From the human T2T-CHM13v2.0 reference genome, Homo sapiens, in NCBI RefSeq assembly GCF_009914755.1, contig NC_060933.1: 64,000 nucleotides of DNA; one strand, 5' to 3'. Within the stretch, counting starts at the first letter, position 1. Each line of letters begins with the position of its first letter. Shown piece after piece: positions 40,262-54,870 of this stretch. The position numbers and the translations under genes were made by a program. Under the pieces are notes generated by a model. It was not told the origin of the DNA, did not search any database, and saw only the letters and a program-made list of their open reading frames with translations.

Positions 40262-40740
40262 ATGGTCTCCTTGCTGGTGGCATTGGTGATGATCTCCTGA
40301 CACATCTATTCCCTTTTCTGCGACCTGCCTCTAAGACTTCGCTTGGGAAAGTTCTGGGCCAAATGGGGACAATCTTCCTTCTTTCCTGTCTGGAAAGCTC
40401 AGGTGATTTCTGCCCTCCATAAGATGCACCAGCAGATCTTCAGCCTCTTTTACACAAGGGCTTGTCTGATGCTTGGAATAGGGCCTTCCTGGACAAACTC
40501 CAGACTGGATTTCATCAGCAGCTGGAAGACCTGGAGACCTGCTTGGTATAGAGGATGGGAAGCAAGAGTCTGCCCTGGAAATTGAGGGCCCTACACTGGC
40601 CATAAAGAGGTACTTCCAGGGAGTACATTTCTTCTTGAAAGAGAGGAAATTCAGGAACTGTACCTGGGAGGTTGTCTGAGTGTAAATAAAATATATTAAG
40701 AAAATTCAGGAAACCCAATTCTCAATGACTAATGTCCTAG
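40262..40740 (+). pseudogene. IFNWP4: Interferon omega-like pseudogene (position fits IFNWP4)
   Basis: ATG at 40262, MVSLLVALVMIS*(TGA at codon 13)...FCDLP; frameshifted blocks VLGQMGTIFLLSCL, KAQVISALHKMHQQIFSLFYT, SDAWNRAFLDKLQTGFHQQLEDLETCL and PTLAIKRYFQGVHFFLKERKFRNCTWEVV* match IFN-omega. Has an internal deletion, frameshifts and stops. The symbol is inferred from position. Confidence 0.85.
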
Positions 40741-41681
40741 CTCACACTCTGTTCAGTCATTTCTATAACTGTTCTTTTTGCCTTCAGTGGTAAAATAACT
40801 TGAACCATTTTTGGCATATTCTTATCAGTAATGTTAAATGTGTCTGTATATAACTAATTTCAGAATTGGAAGAAATGCCACTGGTATCTTGTGGTTGAAA
40901 CTCAGGTTATAAAATATGTATTTTTATTAACTTGTCTATTTATTTTTGATGGTATTTGTATTTATATGCTGTATTGTTTATATAAGCATATATTTACATT
41001 TTCCTCGTTAATAGAAATACTACTTTAAAAAACTCATTAAGTTTATTGTAAGACTTTTCTCCTCTTTTTAAAGAGAACTTTTTCTCAAATCTGAATTCTG
41101 CACGCAAAATATAAAAATTTTTGTTACAGTCATGCTTTGGCCTTGGTGACAGATCTTGAGTATGAGATGCATAATGCTTGCCCTTATGGAATTCACATTA
41201 CAGCAAAGGACACAGCCATTGAAGAAGTTATAATCTAGTATGGAATTTACATTTGGCATCTGGGCTACACAGGAGAAGTAAAAGAGGCTATGGCAGTGAA
41301 TGTCACGGACAGCTCATTTAGGTTGCCTTCTACCTTCCCCAGGGAAGTAATATGAAGTCAGAGACTTGAAGGATAAGTAGGAGTTTGTTAAGTATCTTGT
41401 GGAGGGCAAAATTTCCTAGGGCAAAACAAAAACAAAAACTGCATAGAGAGTGGCCCCGTAGCTGGAAAGGGCCAGGAAAATTGAAAGAAGTGAAAAAGAC
41501 TGGAGTGGGTAGACTGTACTGGTAAATGGTGAAGTGTCATGTAATGATGCTGGGGAAATGGAAAAGGGCCCAGTGACAGCTTTATGTTAAAGATGCTGGA
41601 CTTGAGAGGCAAGGAAAATTACTTTGGCATGTAAAGCTGAAGAGTGCTTTACCAGAGCACTAACAAAGATATTTGTTAGAC

Positions 41682-42650
41682 CAAAAGTTCTCAAAATGTG
41701 GTCCATATGACCATAAGGGTCCCCAAGACATTTTAAGAGGCTCCACGAGGTCAAAACTATTTTTGTAATAAATCGACATTACTTGTCTCTTTCACCATGT
41801 GAACAACTTGCAGTGATGGTGCAGAAACAATGGTGGGTAAAACTGCTGGTGCCTGAGTGTTGATCAAGGCAGTGGCATCAAAAGGCGGTAGTAATTATTA
41901 CATTTTTCACTATGATGTACTTGAATTCAAACAAAATACCAGTTTCTTTTAAGAATGCCCTTCAGAACACAGTAAAAATTATTAATTTTTCAACATCTTG
42001 ACTTTGAGTACAATCGTTTTAATATTCTATGTGATAGTCTTTTTAATATTCTGCATGACTGTGCTTATGGCTCATACTGATAGAAAATGATTGTGTCAAG
42101 GAAATGCACTCATGCGATTGAGTTGTGAACTGAAGTAGCCACTCTTTAGCAGAATAACATTTTTAGTGGAAAGAATGACAGACAGACAAACAGTAGTTAT
42201 TGAGACTTGGGCATTTGACAGTTTTTCAAAATATTTATCAAGTGAACCTGTCACTTCAAGGGCAACAATCACCAGTATTTGTCACCAGTGATAACATTTG
42301 AGATCTTAGTAGAAAATTGGAATTTTGGAAAAATTTGTATCCGTCATTACGAGGTTGATAACTTCCTTATTCTTCAAACTTTTGTGGTGATAATAGTGGT
42401 GATATAGGCCATTGAATCGTTCGATAATATAGATTGAAATTTAAATACACATTTGTAACATCCGCAAAACTCAGTGAACCAATATTTCCTAAATAACGAA
42501 TTCATATATTATAAAATTTAGCATGGGCAAAAGAGATCCATTCAGTGTATGGCTTATTCATAAACTTCTATGTAACATAATTTGAAAACTCATTTTTTTT
42601 TGGTTTAAATTCCACATTACAACTAATCCTTATGGAACTACCACTTATCC
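41682..42650. mobile_element. Charlie1-like hAT DNA transposon fragment
   Basis: gttctcaaaatgtggtcc ... gaggtcaaaactattttt ... aatggtgggtaaaactgctggtgcct. Confidence 0.7.
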
Positions 42651-45469
42651 AACTCTGAAATGTTACATGATGCATTATAGCATCAAGTCTTCCTTCCATT
42701 TCTAAGATACACTTCTTAATAATGATTAATTAATTTATTAATGTGATTTTAAATGTTGTCACAGTGGAAAATATATGGAACTGGGGAAGATAAGTTAGCT
42801 TTGAATCATAGTTCTGCTATATAATAGATATTCTTGTACAGAGTAGGTGCTCAATAAATGAGAGTCATTATTACTTACTGGCAGGCTGTGGAGAATAAGA
42901 CATTGTTTAAGAGCTTGATAGGATTGGTGAGGATTTAAAGTGCTTCCTGTAAAGTGCTTAGCACAGTCCTTGTTGCAGTGTGAACATTCAATAAACATTA
43001 GCTTTTATTATTTATATTAGTGGATTTTGAACATCTTTTCATTGACTTTAAGGAGTGAGGCTAACCTCTTTTTAATTCCTATGTTTGATGAATGTTTACC
43101 TCTGTATGTAGCTTTGCTTCAATATATTTTAAGAATAGTGCTTTAATTCCATTACTAACTAAACTACTTATTTTACTTTTTCTTCCTGACTTAACTGAAT
43201 GTGTCAGTATGATTTTAAATATCTAAATGTTCGCTTTAAAAATCATTTTAAAAAGAATAATTCCAGGCATTGTGATCTAATTATACAACTTAGAGTGTTT
43301 TTTCTCTGGAGGAATTTGATAGTTTTCTGTAATCTAATACAGGGTAATTTTTGTGAATGATTTATAAATATATGAAAAATATATTTTTTATTCTAAGTTG
43401 TAACTTAGTGCCCCAGAATCTTAGCCAATAATGTATCTTTTTCAATTATATTTGAAATTATTCTTGTTATTTTTCTATGCTATATTTTAAATCACAATGC
43501 CAAAAATGTCAATATTAAAATGACATTTTTGTTTGTTTCTCTATATTTGCTAACTTTTTTCTGTATATTGTATATTAAATTTCAGTTCTATGTCTTTTAT
43601 AATTTGGTTATAAATCCTATTTGTTTCCTATGTATATTGATACTCTTTCTCAAATGTTCATTGAATTCCCACAAGTATCAATATTTATATTAATCAATAT
43701 CTCATTGATATTAATATTGCCACCTCTATTTTTCCTTTGTTGTATTGCTTTTCTCTTTCTTGCCCATCTTCTTCTTTTACTGTTTTAGTATTTTTAATTT
43801 TAGGCTTTTCTCATATGTAGAGTAATAACGGGGTTTGGTTTTAAGCCAATCAAGACTTTTTTCTTTTAATAGGGAACTCTAAGCAGCTTATATTTATTAT
43901 CTTAACTATTATGTGTTTGGTTCTTCACTTTATTGCTTTATGCTTTACTTCTTGCATTACTTTTATATGTTTTTAACATTTATACTTCCTTCAATTATTT
44001 AATTATTATTAATTTCAGACAATATATTTTTAAAAGAAATTTAAATTTTCTTTTATTTTTGAACTAAAAATTGCATAGTACTTTAAAATAACATTTTAAA
44101 AGTATTTCAGAACTTTTAACTGATTTTATTATTTACTGCCAGCTCTTACTGATACTGTTGCTTTTGGTCAACATAGTATGTATAAGAGATAGGAGATAAG
44201 TAGATCCATATGCATGTGAATTTATGTTCATAAATAAATATATGGGAAGTTCCACGAAGTTGATGAAGAGAAATTCATTCCTGATTTTAGGAAATAAAAG
44301 CATATTAATTTAAATGCTCTTAGAAGGAATGCATTTGGATGCAATAAGCTAGATTAGCGTCACATATTCCAAATATATTCCTGCATGTTTCAGGAGTCAT
44401 GTAATCAATAGAACAGTGATCAACTTAAACAATTTTCATTTTAAGAAGAAACATGCTATCAATATAAAGTGATGAGTTTGATATTCTTGTCTAGCCTGCA
44501 AACTGGCTCTGAAGACAGTTCTCATCCTGGAATTGAAAACTTTTTAAAATAGTGGTAATACTGTTGCCGTCATTGATTGTTATAGCTTCTGAAGTGTTTT
44601 TCAAGACATATTTGAAACTGTAGCAAGGTACATTTATAATGAAATAAACAACTGAAACTTTTACCTGAGCACCATGTAGACTCTTCCTTTACTATGTCTC
44701 TACCCCAACCTTTTACCAAGAAGGCAGATGAATTCTCTTGGGTCTGAGTGTAGCACATAAGCACCAGGGGTTCCCTCATTACACCATGCTTTCCATCTAT
44801 TTCTGTAGGTTTTTAATGGCCTTTCTTTGGTGATCCTGATCCAATGTTGGACAGGATCAAACTAAAACAATGGAAGAATAAAGATTTTAGGGAACTCTTT
44901 TTCTGTGCTCTAGACCCTCAGCTTTGGAGTGTTGCTTTGACTAGTGCTGTCACTCTTAACCAGGTATGTACGCTTGATGTTATACTGCCATCTACTGGCT
45001 ATACGTCAAATACTGGCTTAGAGACGACATACTGATAACTTTACCATGGTCATTAGCTGGGAATAATTCAGGAAATTAGAATGTAAAGAAAGGACAGTTT
45101 GATGTGCTGCCTAAGTAAAAACAAAGAAACAAATGCATAAATGAAGCCCACACAAAACCTCTAATTCATAATAGTGATCCCAGAAATGTGAAATTTGTTT
45201 TTCGATCACTGTATTCTTTTTTACTCCCAAGATAATCTTGTTATTTCCCATTTTTGTTAAGTAATTTAAAAAAGAAAAGGGAACATACATTCACACAGGA
45301 CACTAATCAGAACAACAAGGCTATATTTTTGTTTGTGTTGTGTTTTCAATGAAACAAAAAATTGAACCTCAGGGTTGTTAAACCCTGACATTATGTTCAA
45401 ATTAATGTTCCAGGAGGGCCCAATTTTGTTTCTAGGGGTTCGTTTTCTCAGATGCTTTTAAAAATGGGT

Positions 45470-47800
45470 AGAAAGTGGTGCCATGAGAAACAATGGCAGA
45501 GTAAAAATCTCTAAAAAATTTGCCCCTTCATAAAAGTAAAGAAAAAATGAGCAAAATTTGTCAGAATAAATCTTTTTACAATATTATGAGTTATCCCAAG
45601 GCATGCAACAACCCAGGAGCATTTATTTGAGGAAAACAGCTGTAAGTGTAAGTATAGCCAGATTTGTGGCATATTAACTTGAATTAATCCCATCACCCAT
45701 TATCAAGTTCAGTGGTAGCCTTAAAAAGCAATGGGCTTCCTTCCTGGTACCACTGGGAATAGAAAAAATCTGGAGTGCCTTCATAGCTTCATTCCTAAAG
45801 ATTGTCATTATTTGACTTCGAAATACCCTAGTAGAAAGACTTATCTTTATTTAAGCTGTCTGGGAGCTCACTCAAAGCTAAAAGACTCTCCCTGAGGAGT
45901 GTTGACTAAAGACATTTACAGGCCAGTGTTTTGATATAGTTGCTACCTGAGGTGATTAATTACGGTTGTAGTAAATAATGACCAACTGAAAATCTTAAAA
46001 GGAAAAACAGAGATGAGATGTCTATAAGGGCTTTGACAAATTCTAGCATACTTTTGGGAATCTAGAAGGGCATTGTACATGTGTAAGTTTGTGCACATGT
46101 TCAGGAAAGACCCAGTCTTTCACTTCTGGCTGACTTTTATCATAAGCAGAAACTGAAGGCCAAGGCAGGGTTGAAAACTGCCTGGCTAAGTATTAAACAT
46201 GCACTTCAACATGCACACAGAGCTTCTTGGCTAAAACTGAGAGATTTATTTGTTCCAGATACTTAAGGAAATCTCTGTTCAGTCATTAGCTGCCCACTAA
46301 GCTAACTGATTAGAGACTTCAGTGGGCACATGTGCTAACGAATACAGACTTTACAGAATTAGTGCAGAAAAGACAGCAAGTAAACAAATAACAACCCACA
46401 ACAAGCAGCAACAACAACCTCTTGGGGGATGGGGAACTAATTTATACAGTTGCTGCAGTTTATTATTAAAATGTCCACTTTTCAACAAAAAAATATAAGA
46501 ATGCAAAGAAACTATGTCTTATACACAGGTGGAAAAGTCATGAATAGAAACTTCCCCCAAAAGCCCAGATATTAAATTTATTAGACAAAAACTTAAACCA
46601 GCTGTATTAAATAAGTTCAAACACCTAAAGGAAGCCATTTCTAATTAATTAGAGGAATACAGGAGAACAACATCAGATCAAAGAATACCAATAAAGAGAA
46701 AGAAATTATACAGAGGAACTGAATAGAAATTTGCTAGCTAAAACGTACAAAAATTGAAAAAGAAAACTTCACTTGAAGGGTCTAACAGAAGATTTGAGTA
46801 GACAGAAGACTCAATGAGCTTGAAGACAGATCAATTGAAATTATGCAGCTGAGGACCACAGAGCAAAAAAATGAATGAAGGAAAATATATAGAGTTTAAA
46901 GGACTTGTGGAACACCATCAAGCATACTAACATATATATATAATGAGAACTACAGGAGGAAAAGAGAGAGAAAAGGGGCAGCAAAAATATTTGAAGAAGT
47001 GTGGCCCCAAATTTAGCAAGTTTGGTGAAAGATATGAGTCTACACATCAAAAAACCTCAACACACTTCAAGTAGAATAAAGACAAATAGATCACACACAG
47101 GATAATCAAATGATTGAAAGCCAAAAACATAGAGAAAATCTTGAAAGCCGGAGGAGAGAAGTGACTCTCACATACAAAGGATCCTCAATAACATTAACAG
47201 CAGGTTTCCTATTAGAAAACACAGAGGCCAGAGGGTAGTGGGATGGCATATATAAAATTCTGAAAGGAAAAATAACCGAAGAATTCTATGTCTAGCAAAA
47301 CTATTCTTCAAAAATATAAGAGAGATAAAAACATTTCCAGATAAACAAAAGCTGACTGAGTCCATCATTAGTAGATCTGTCCTACAAGAAATGCTAACGA
47401 GCCTTCTAGGCTAAAATAAAAGGACACTAGACAGTAACTTGAAGGCATATAAAGAACTTTGGTAAAGGTAGGTAAATATAAATAATATTATTGTACTCCC
47501 CTTTTTATTTCCTATATGATTTAAAAGTCAAATGCATAAAACAATAATTACTAATCTATGTGAATGGGCAAACAATGTTTAAAGACAAGAGGTCGGAGGG
47601 GAGACAGAGCAGCATAGGAGTCAAGATTTTGTACGCTGTTAAATCTAAGCTGGTATCAATTCAAACTAGATTGTTGTAAATATAGAATGTTAATTGTAAC
47701 TTCCATGGTAACCACTAAGAAAATATTTAAAAAATATAAACGAATCAGAGTGTGAGGGAAACTGGGCAGTATGCTAAAAAAATTAAACACACAAGAAGGC
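45470..47800 (+). mobile_element. Old L1M 5' region and ORF1
   Basis: ORF1 motifs (gacttgtggaacaccatcaagcatactaacata; aaaacatttccagataaacaaaagctga). Confidence 0.7.
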
Positions 47801-48021
47801 AAAAACATATAAGCTGACTCCCCATTGTGAATCTATTGTGGGAAACACATTATATTGTTAAACTTTAGGAAGCATACTTTTCACCTTGATCCACGCCGTG
47901 TTGAAAAACAGAGGGGTGATTGTGGGAGACTGGAATTCAGACAATCACAATGATAACTGTGATGATGGGGGATGAGAAGTCTTCTATATAGCACTTATTA
48001 GACTTAATTCTCTCTGTCCTA

Positions 48022-48078
48022 ACACACACGTGAGCACGCATGCACACATGCACACACACACACACACACACACACATG
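48022..48078. repeat. (CA)n microsatellite
   Basis: Seen directly in the sequence. Confidence 0.95.
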
Positions 48079-48499
48079 CTTTTTACAAAATATGACAACC
48101 TGTATCAATACAGGCTGCAAGGTAATTATTGCGTCAATACTATTATATCTCACAAAGTACAAGTAAAGATTAAACAATCAGGCCTCAGAAAAGGTGAGAA
48201 CTAGGTAAATCTCATCGTTCTCAGAATATTCTCATTAGCATTATTTAGTTTCTAACTCTAAGGCTTTAGGTTTTTTGAGTCAAATTCTTAGAATAATTTT
48301 CTGATTTACTTGTACTGGTTTTGTTAGCCATAGGCAGTAACAACATAGCTGGCAGGCCCCATTGCCATGGCTGGAGAGCTGTTCTTACAGAAGTGAAAAC
48401 AAAAGATATGGTCTACTACATTCCAAACCTTTCCTTGTTGGTACCTACACTCCTCTTTCTATTGATACTATTTCAAAGATGCTCAATTGTTCAACAATA

Positions 48500-49630
48500 T
48501 GCTGCCTTCAAACGACTCAGTTTAGCTTTAGAACATAACTAGGCTGAAAGTGCAAGGATGGAGAAAATTATTTCACACAGTTGATAGCCAAAAGAGAGCT
48601 GGGGTAAATATACTAGACAAAATAGACTTTAGGTAAAAAAAAAACTATAACAAGAAGGTCATTATATAATGTTAAAGGGATAATTTCATCAAGAGAATAC
48701 AACAATTATAAATATATATGTACTCAACATCAGAACACCAAAATATACAAAGCAAATATTAACAGATCTGAATGGAGAAATAGGCAGCAATATGATCATA
48801 ATAGGAGACTTCAATACCCCATTTTCAACAAAGGATGGATCATTTTGAATGGTTTACAGTAAACCAATGAAGAAGCAAATTTAAAAGATTGAAATCATAT
48901 CAAGTATCTTTTCTGACTATAATAAAAAATAAAAATAAATTAACAGGAGGAAAATTGGAAAATTTACAAATTGTATATATTATATATATTAAATTATATA
49001 TATTATCATATATAATATAATGTATTATATATGATAATATATATACACAACATACTCCTGAATAACCAAGAGGTTAAAAAAGAAGTCAAGAAGTATTTTG
49101 AAGCAAAAACAGAAACACGACATTGCAAAATTTAAGGAATGCAGCAAAAGCAGTTCTAAGAGGGAGGTTTCTAGTGATACATGTGTACATAAGAAGGAAA
49201 GAAAGATTTCAGATAAACCACTTTTCACCTCAAGTAACTAGAAAAAGAAAACAAAGCCCAATGTTAGCAGAAGAAAGGAAATATTAAACAGAGCAGAATC
49301 AAATGAGAGAATAAAAAGAAAAATTTTAAAAAATCAACAAAACTAAGAGTGGTTTTTGAAAAGATAAACAAAATTGACAAATGTGTAGCTAGACTAACTG
49401 AAAAAAAGGTGGGGGGTGGGGGAGAGAGAGAAGATTCAACTAAAATTATAAATAAAAAAGAGACATAACAACTGATATTTTAGAAATATGAAGGATCATA
49501 AGAGGCTACTATGAACAATTATATACCAACAAGTTGAATAACATAGAAGAAATACAGAAATTCTTAGAAGCATACTGTCTACCAAGACTGAATCATGAGA
49601 AATAGAAAATATGAACATGGCAATAATGAG
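48500..49630 (+). mobile_element. L1M ORF2 5' (endonuclease) fragment
   Basis: ataataggagacttcaatacccca (IIGDFNTP) and downstream ORF2 motifs. Confidence 0.75.
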
Positions 49631-50155
49631 TATGGTGTCATAAGCTTTACCTTAAAAAAATTTCTCTTGAATATATTTGGATAAGTGGCACTAATCTATT
49701 GTATTGCTTCCAAATAACATTCAGATTAATGCATTTTTATTTCATAAATTCAGGAATAATTTTTTATTCACTAACTTCTTGGTCATTCTTATCAATTTAT
49801 ATATGAACATAAATTAACACGCACGTCTACCAATATCATATCTGTTACACAAACTATGCTGACTAAAAATGTGACAGTCCTAGTTAGAACTGGCAGTGAA
49901 GAGTAAAATCAGTTAAAAGTATTATGAAAAATTTTAAATAAAAAATTAAGAGAAAATTTAAATTTCTTTTAAAAAAGGAATTGTTTTAAAATTAATAATA
50001 ATTGGAGAATTGAATGCAGTTAAAACATCAAAAACATATATAAGTAACATAAAAAGTAAAGCAGAAACCAAAGTTGAGAACTGAGCACATAATGGTGAAA
50101 ATAATAAATATAAATTGCTTAAGCTTCTGTATTAAAACAAAAAGTATTGATTGGA

Positions 50156-52470
50156 ATAGTGTCAATAGGATTGGTATAAATTCTTTTTTGAATGTCTGAT
50201 AGAATTCAGCTGTTAATGTGTGCGGTCCTGGACTTTTTTTGTTGGCAATTTTTAGATTACCACTTCAATCTTACTGCTTGTTATTGGTCTGTTCAGGGTT
50301 GCTATATCTTCCTCGTTTAATCTAGGAGGGTTGTGTATTTCCAGGAATTTATCGATTTCCTATGTTTTCTAGTTTATGCACATAAAGGTGTTCATAGTAG
50401 CCTTGAATAATCTTTTGTATTTCTGTGGAATCAGTAGCCATATCTCACATTTCATTTCTAATTGAGCTTATTTGGGTGTTCTCTCTTCTTTTCTTGGTTA
50501 ATCTAACTAATGGTCCATAAATTTTATTTATCTTTTCGAAGAACTAGCCTTTTGTTTCATTTATCTATTGTATTTTTTTGTTTCAATTTCATTTAGTTCT
50601 CCTCTGGTCTTTGTTATTTCTTTTCTTCTGCTGGGTTTGGGTTTGGATTGTTCTTGTTTCTCCAGTTCCATGAGGTGTGACCTTAGATTGTCTATTTGTG
50701 CTCTTTCAGACATTTTGATGTAGGCATTTAATGCTACGAACTTTCCTCTTAGCACCACTTTTGCTGTATCCCGGAAGTTTTGATAGGTTGTGTCACTATT
50801 ATCATTCAGTTCAAAAAATTTTTAAATTTCCATCTTGATTTCATGGTTGTCCCAATGATAATACAGGAGCAGGTTATTTAATTTGCATGTATTTGCATGG
50901 TTTTGAGGGTACCTTTTGCTGTTGATTTCTAATTTTATTCCACTATGGTCCGATAGAGTACTTGATGTAATCTCAATTTTCTTAAATTTACTGAGACTTG
51001 TTTTATGACTTATCATATGGTCTATCTTGGAGAATGTTCCATGTGCTGATGAAAAGAATGTATATTCTGCAGTTGTTGGATAGCATTCTATCCTGTATTC
51101 TATAAATATCTGTTAAGTCCATTTATTCTAGGCTATAGTTTAAGTCCATTTTTTCTTTGTTGACTTTCTGTCTTGGTGACCTGTCTTGTGCTGTCAGTGG
51201 AGTATTAAAGTCCCCCACTATTATTGTGTTGTCATTTATCTCATTTCTTAGGTCTAGTAGTAATTGTTTTATAAATTTGGGAACTCTAGTTTTAGGTGCA
51301 TATATATTTAGGATTCTGATATTTTCCTGTTGGACTAGTCTTTTTACCATTATATAATTTCCCTTTTTGTCTTTTTTATCTGCTGTTGCTTTAAAGCTTG
51401 TTTTGTGTGATGTAAGAATAGCTACTTCTGCTCACTTTTGGTGTCTATTTGCACGGAATATCTTTTTCCACCCCTTTACCTGAAGTTTATGTGAGTCCTT
51501 ATGTGTTAGGTGAATCTCCTGAAGACAGCAGAAACTTGATTGGTGAATTCCTATCCATTTTGCCATTCTAATATTAGTACTGAGGTGTAAGGGACTATTC
51601 TATTCATCAGCCTGTTTGTCGCTTAAATACCTTTTTTTTTCATTGTGTTACTGTTATATAGTTCCTGTGAGATTTATGCTTTAAGGAGGTTTTAGCTTGG
51701 TGTTTCAAGGATTTGTTTCAAGATTTAGAGCTCTTTTTAGCAGATCTTGTAGTGCTGGCTTAGTAGTGGTGAATTCTCTCAGCATTTGTTTATGTGGAAA
51801 AGACTATCTTTCCTTCATTGATGAAGTTTAGTTTTGGTGGATACAAAATTCTTGGCTGATAGTTGTTTTTTTTTTAAGGAGGCTTAAAATATGACCCCAA
51901 TCCCTTCTAGCTTGTAGAGTTTCTGCTGGGAAATCTGTCGTTACTCTCATAGGTTTCTTCTTTACAGGTTACTTGATGCTTTTGCCTCACAGCTCTTAAG
52001 CTTCTTTCTTCATCTTGACTTTAGATAACCTGGTGACTATGAGCCTAGATGATGATCTTTTTGAGATGAATTTGTCAGGTGTTCTTTGAGCTTCTTGTAT
52101 TTGGATGTCTAGGTTTCTACCAAGGTCAGGGAAGTTTTCCTCAACTGTATTTTCAAATATGTTTTCCAAACTTTTAGATTTCTCTTCTTCCTCAAGAACA
52201 CCAATTATTCTAAGGTTTGGTCATTTAACATAATACCAAACTTCTTGGAAACTTTGTTCTTTTTTAAAATTCTTATTTATTTGCCTTAGTTGGATTGGGT
52301 TACTTCAAAAACCTTGTCTTAGAGCTCTGAAGTTCTTTCTGTTGCTTGTTCAATTCTATTGCTAAAACTGCATTTCTCTAAGTGTGTCCTTGATTTCCAG
52401 AAGTTGTGATTGTTTTTTATTTATGCTATTTCCCTGAAGATTTTCCTTTCATATTCCATATCATATTTTT
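50156..52470 (-). mobile_element. L1PB/old L1PA ORF1-ORF2 fragment
   Basis: Decayed endonuclease peptides ILNIYAP...[38 protein letters not shown]. Confidence 0.88.
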
Positions 52471-53614
52471 TATTTCAAGGAGCAGAATACTATTTTTGGA
52501 TGTCTTAACACAGGAAAAGGAAATAGAACTCTCTGTGCCCAGTTCCTTTACCTGTAAAATTAAGATAACCATAGTCCTACCTCGTAAAATTGTGGCAAGG
52601 ATTAATTGTTTAATTTATATAACACACTCAGAATGATTCCTGGCACTTAACTAAGGGTACTTAAACGTTAGCTCTCCTATTTGAAACTGATTGGAGGATT
52701 ATTCCCTAATGTGCTAGTTCTGCAGGAAAGTGAGTTAATTTCAAGAAAACTGGCCAGGGAACATTTTAATGCCAGCTCAACTACTCACAATGGAGAGGCA
52801 GAAATAGCCATTCACTTGGTGACTGAAGCAAGCATGTTGCAGCAAAGATCCCAGGGTATAGACAGAAGCACTGCTACCTGGCACACACACACCAGCTGTC
52901 TACAATGGCACACTTTACTTTCCTGGTTTCTTGGTTCTGTCTACCATTTGAGGAGCTAAAAGCTTTCACCAGAATAACACAGGCATCTTTCAGGAAGCCA
53001 GAAAAAGGATCCTGTGCTCTGTGAAGATAAGCTGCACTCTCCTCAGGCACGTGCCAGGCAAGAGAGGAATCCCCGCTCCATTCTTCAAATCCAATTTGTC
53101 AACTCACATTTAGTTCCCTTTTCACTTGTTGCATCATTCTTATTGTTATTTTTGCACCATCCGGTTCACTGTACAGTCCCTGTGCAGTCATTGTACAGTC
53201 CCTGTTTATCTATGATGAAATAAAACTGCATTTAGTTGTAAGTTTTAATGGTATGAAGGGTTTTTGGTTTAACTTTAAAGAAGTGCCAGAAACTGCTTCA
53301 GAGACAGGAAGCTCCTGCAGAAAACCGATAATAGACATGTTCACCTGTTTGTGGAGGGAATGGAGCTGGTGCTTATTCAGCAGCTGCTGTGTGTTGTCTG
53401 TGTATTCTCTTCTTAACTCTAGGCCTGGCTGCATTTATGCCTGAGAGTGGTTGTGAGGATTAAATACGTCCAGCTCAGACAAGTGCTTGATACCGAAAGA
53501 GAAAAGTAAACCCAGGCTGGAGGCTCACTGAAGTCTGTATTGGATAGAGCCAATGTGGAGTTTCTCGCAGAGGGAGTCCAGGTAGCACCTGGTAGAAGAT
53601 GTTGGGTGGGCAGC

Positions 53615-54231
53615 TGTAGGGGCCAGGGGAAATCTTGCCCTTTGACCTCTGAAGGTTCCGTGAAAATCAATTGACAAAAGGCAGATAGATTAATAGGTGA
53701 AAAGGCATACAAATTAATTTTATCATAGTTTTATGTGTCATGGGAGCCTTCAGATTGAAGGGCCAAAGACACCATTTCTATGCTTAGGTTAATGAAGAAT
53801 TGGACAGCTATGTAGAAAAATGACTGGATAAAAAGGGCATGATCTAATGCTAATAGACTGAGTGAGGAAGCCTAGCAAGGCCTGTCTGTCTAGATTCTTC
53901 TGGGCTTTTTTGTGCAACATTCCTTACTCTGGGAATGGGGCAGGGCCCTCTCTGAATGGAGTTATAATCTACTTTTAGATAAAACAGGTAAAATAATTTC
54001 TTTATGGCCAGTTTTTATGCAGAAAGACAAGGAGAAGGTTGAATTAATATGATTAGGTTTTATGGTTGTCATTGGGGAAAGGAATTCTGGTTTCTATGGC
54101 CTGCCTTGGGAAGAGAGATTCTAGAGAATAAGGGTCAAAGAGAGAGGGGCAGGAGGAAGTCAGAGAAAGTTTTGCTTCTGAGGCTGCTTCTGTGGCCGTC
54201 ATTTTGGGGTATTGTTTTCTGAGCCTCAGCA
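53615..54231 (-). mobile_element. ERV1 solo LTR, MER39-like (paralog of 29290-29915)
   Basis: CAGC TSD at 53611-53614 and 54232-54235; same insertion point as in copy A. Confidence 0.8.
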
Positions 54232-54347
54232 CAGCCCTTGTGTATCCCTGGGCCATCAATCCATTGATGAGAGCATTCTAACTGTGGCTGGCGGTGAAGA
54301 GTGTAGGACCCTCTGGTTGTGTTTGCATAAAGGAGAAGGGTCATTAT

Positions 54348-54870
54348 TGTGAGAAAGAAAAAGTAGTGTCTTTTTCTCACCCATTACAAGGTTCATGGCT
54401 AATACCCCTATAATAAAAGAAGATTAACAAGAGAAAACCATAACTAATTTTAGAAACAATTTTTTTTATGAGAGACAAGACGATTTAGAAATGAAGATCC
54501 AAAGACCCAGGGAAACTGTCTATTTTTACGCTTAGGTTTATTGAAAAATGGACAGTCATGTAAAAGCATATTGGACAAAAAGGGGATATGAAGTATTGTT
54601 AATAAACTGAGGGGGGACTTAGCAAGGCCTACTTGTTCAGATTATTCTTGGTGTCTCTGTGTCTTTATTCCTTTCCTCCAGAAGCAGGGAAGGACACCTG
54701 TCACATGGGGGTCTTGCGACCTACTTTCAGGGGAGATAGGACAAAGCATTATTTTATGGCCAACTTTCACACAGAAAGGTTAGACAAGGTCAGAGAATGA
54801 CCTTGAGTCTGCAGTTTTCTGAATTTTCAAGGTGCCATTATTTTGGGGTAGCATGTCGGGAACCCTGATA
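54348..54870 (-). mobile_element. ERV1 solo LTR, MER34-like (paralog of 28654-29172)
   Basis: Reverse complement matches the copy A LTR at the same insertion site. Confidence 0.75.

Noticed and set aside
44570-44779. MREPLVLMCY resembling an IFN signal peptide
   Set aside because: No CDLP, QQI, W or KY landmarks follow.
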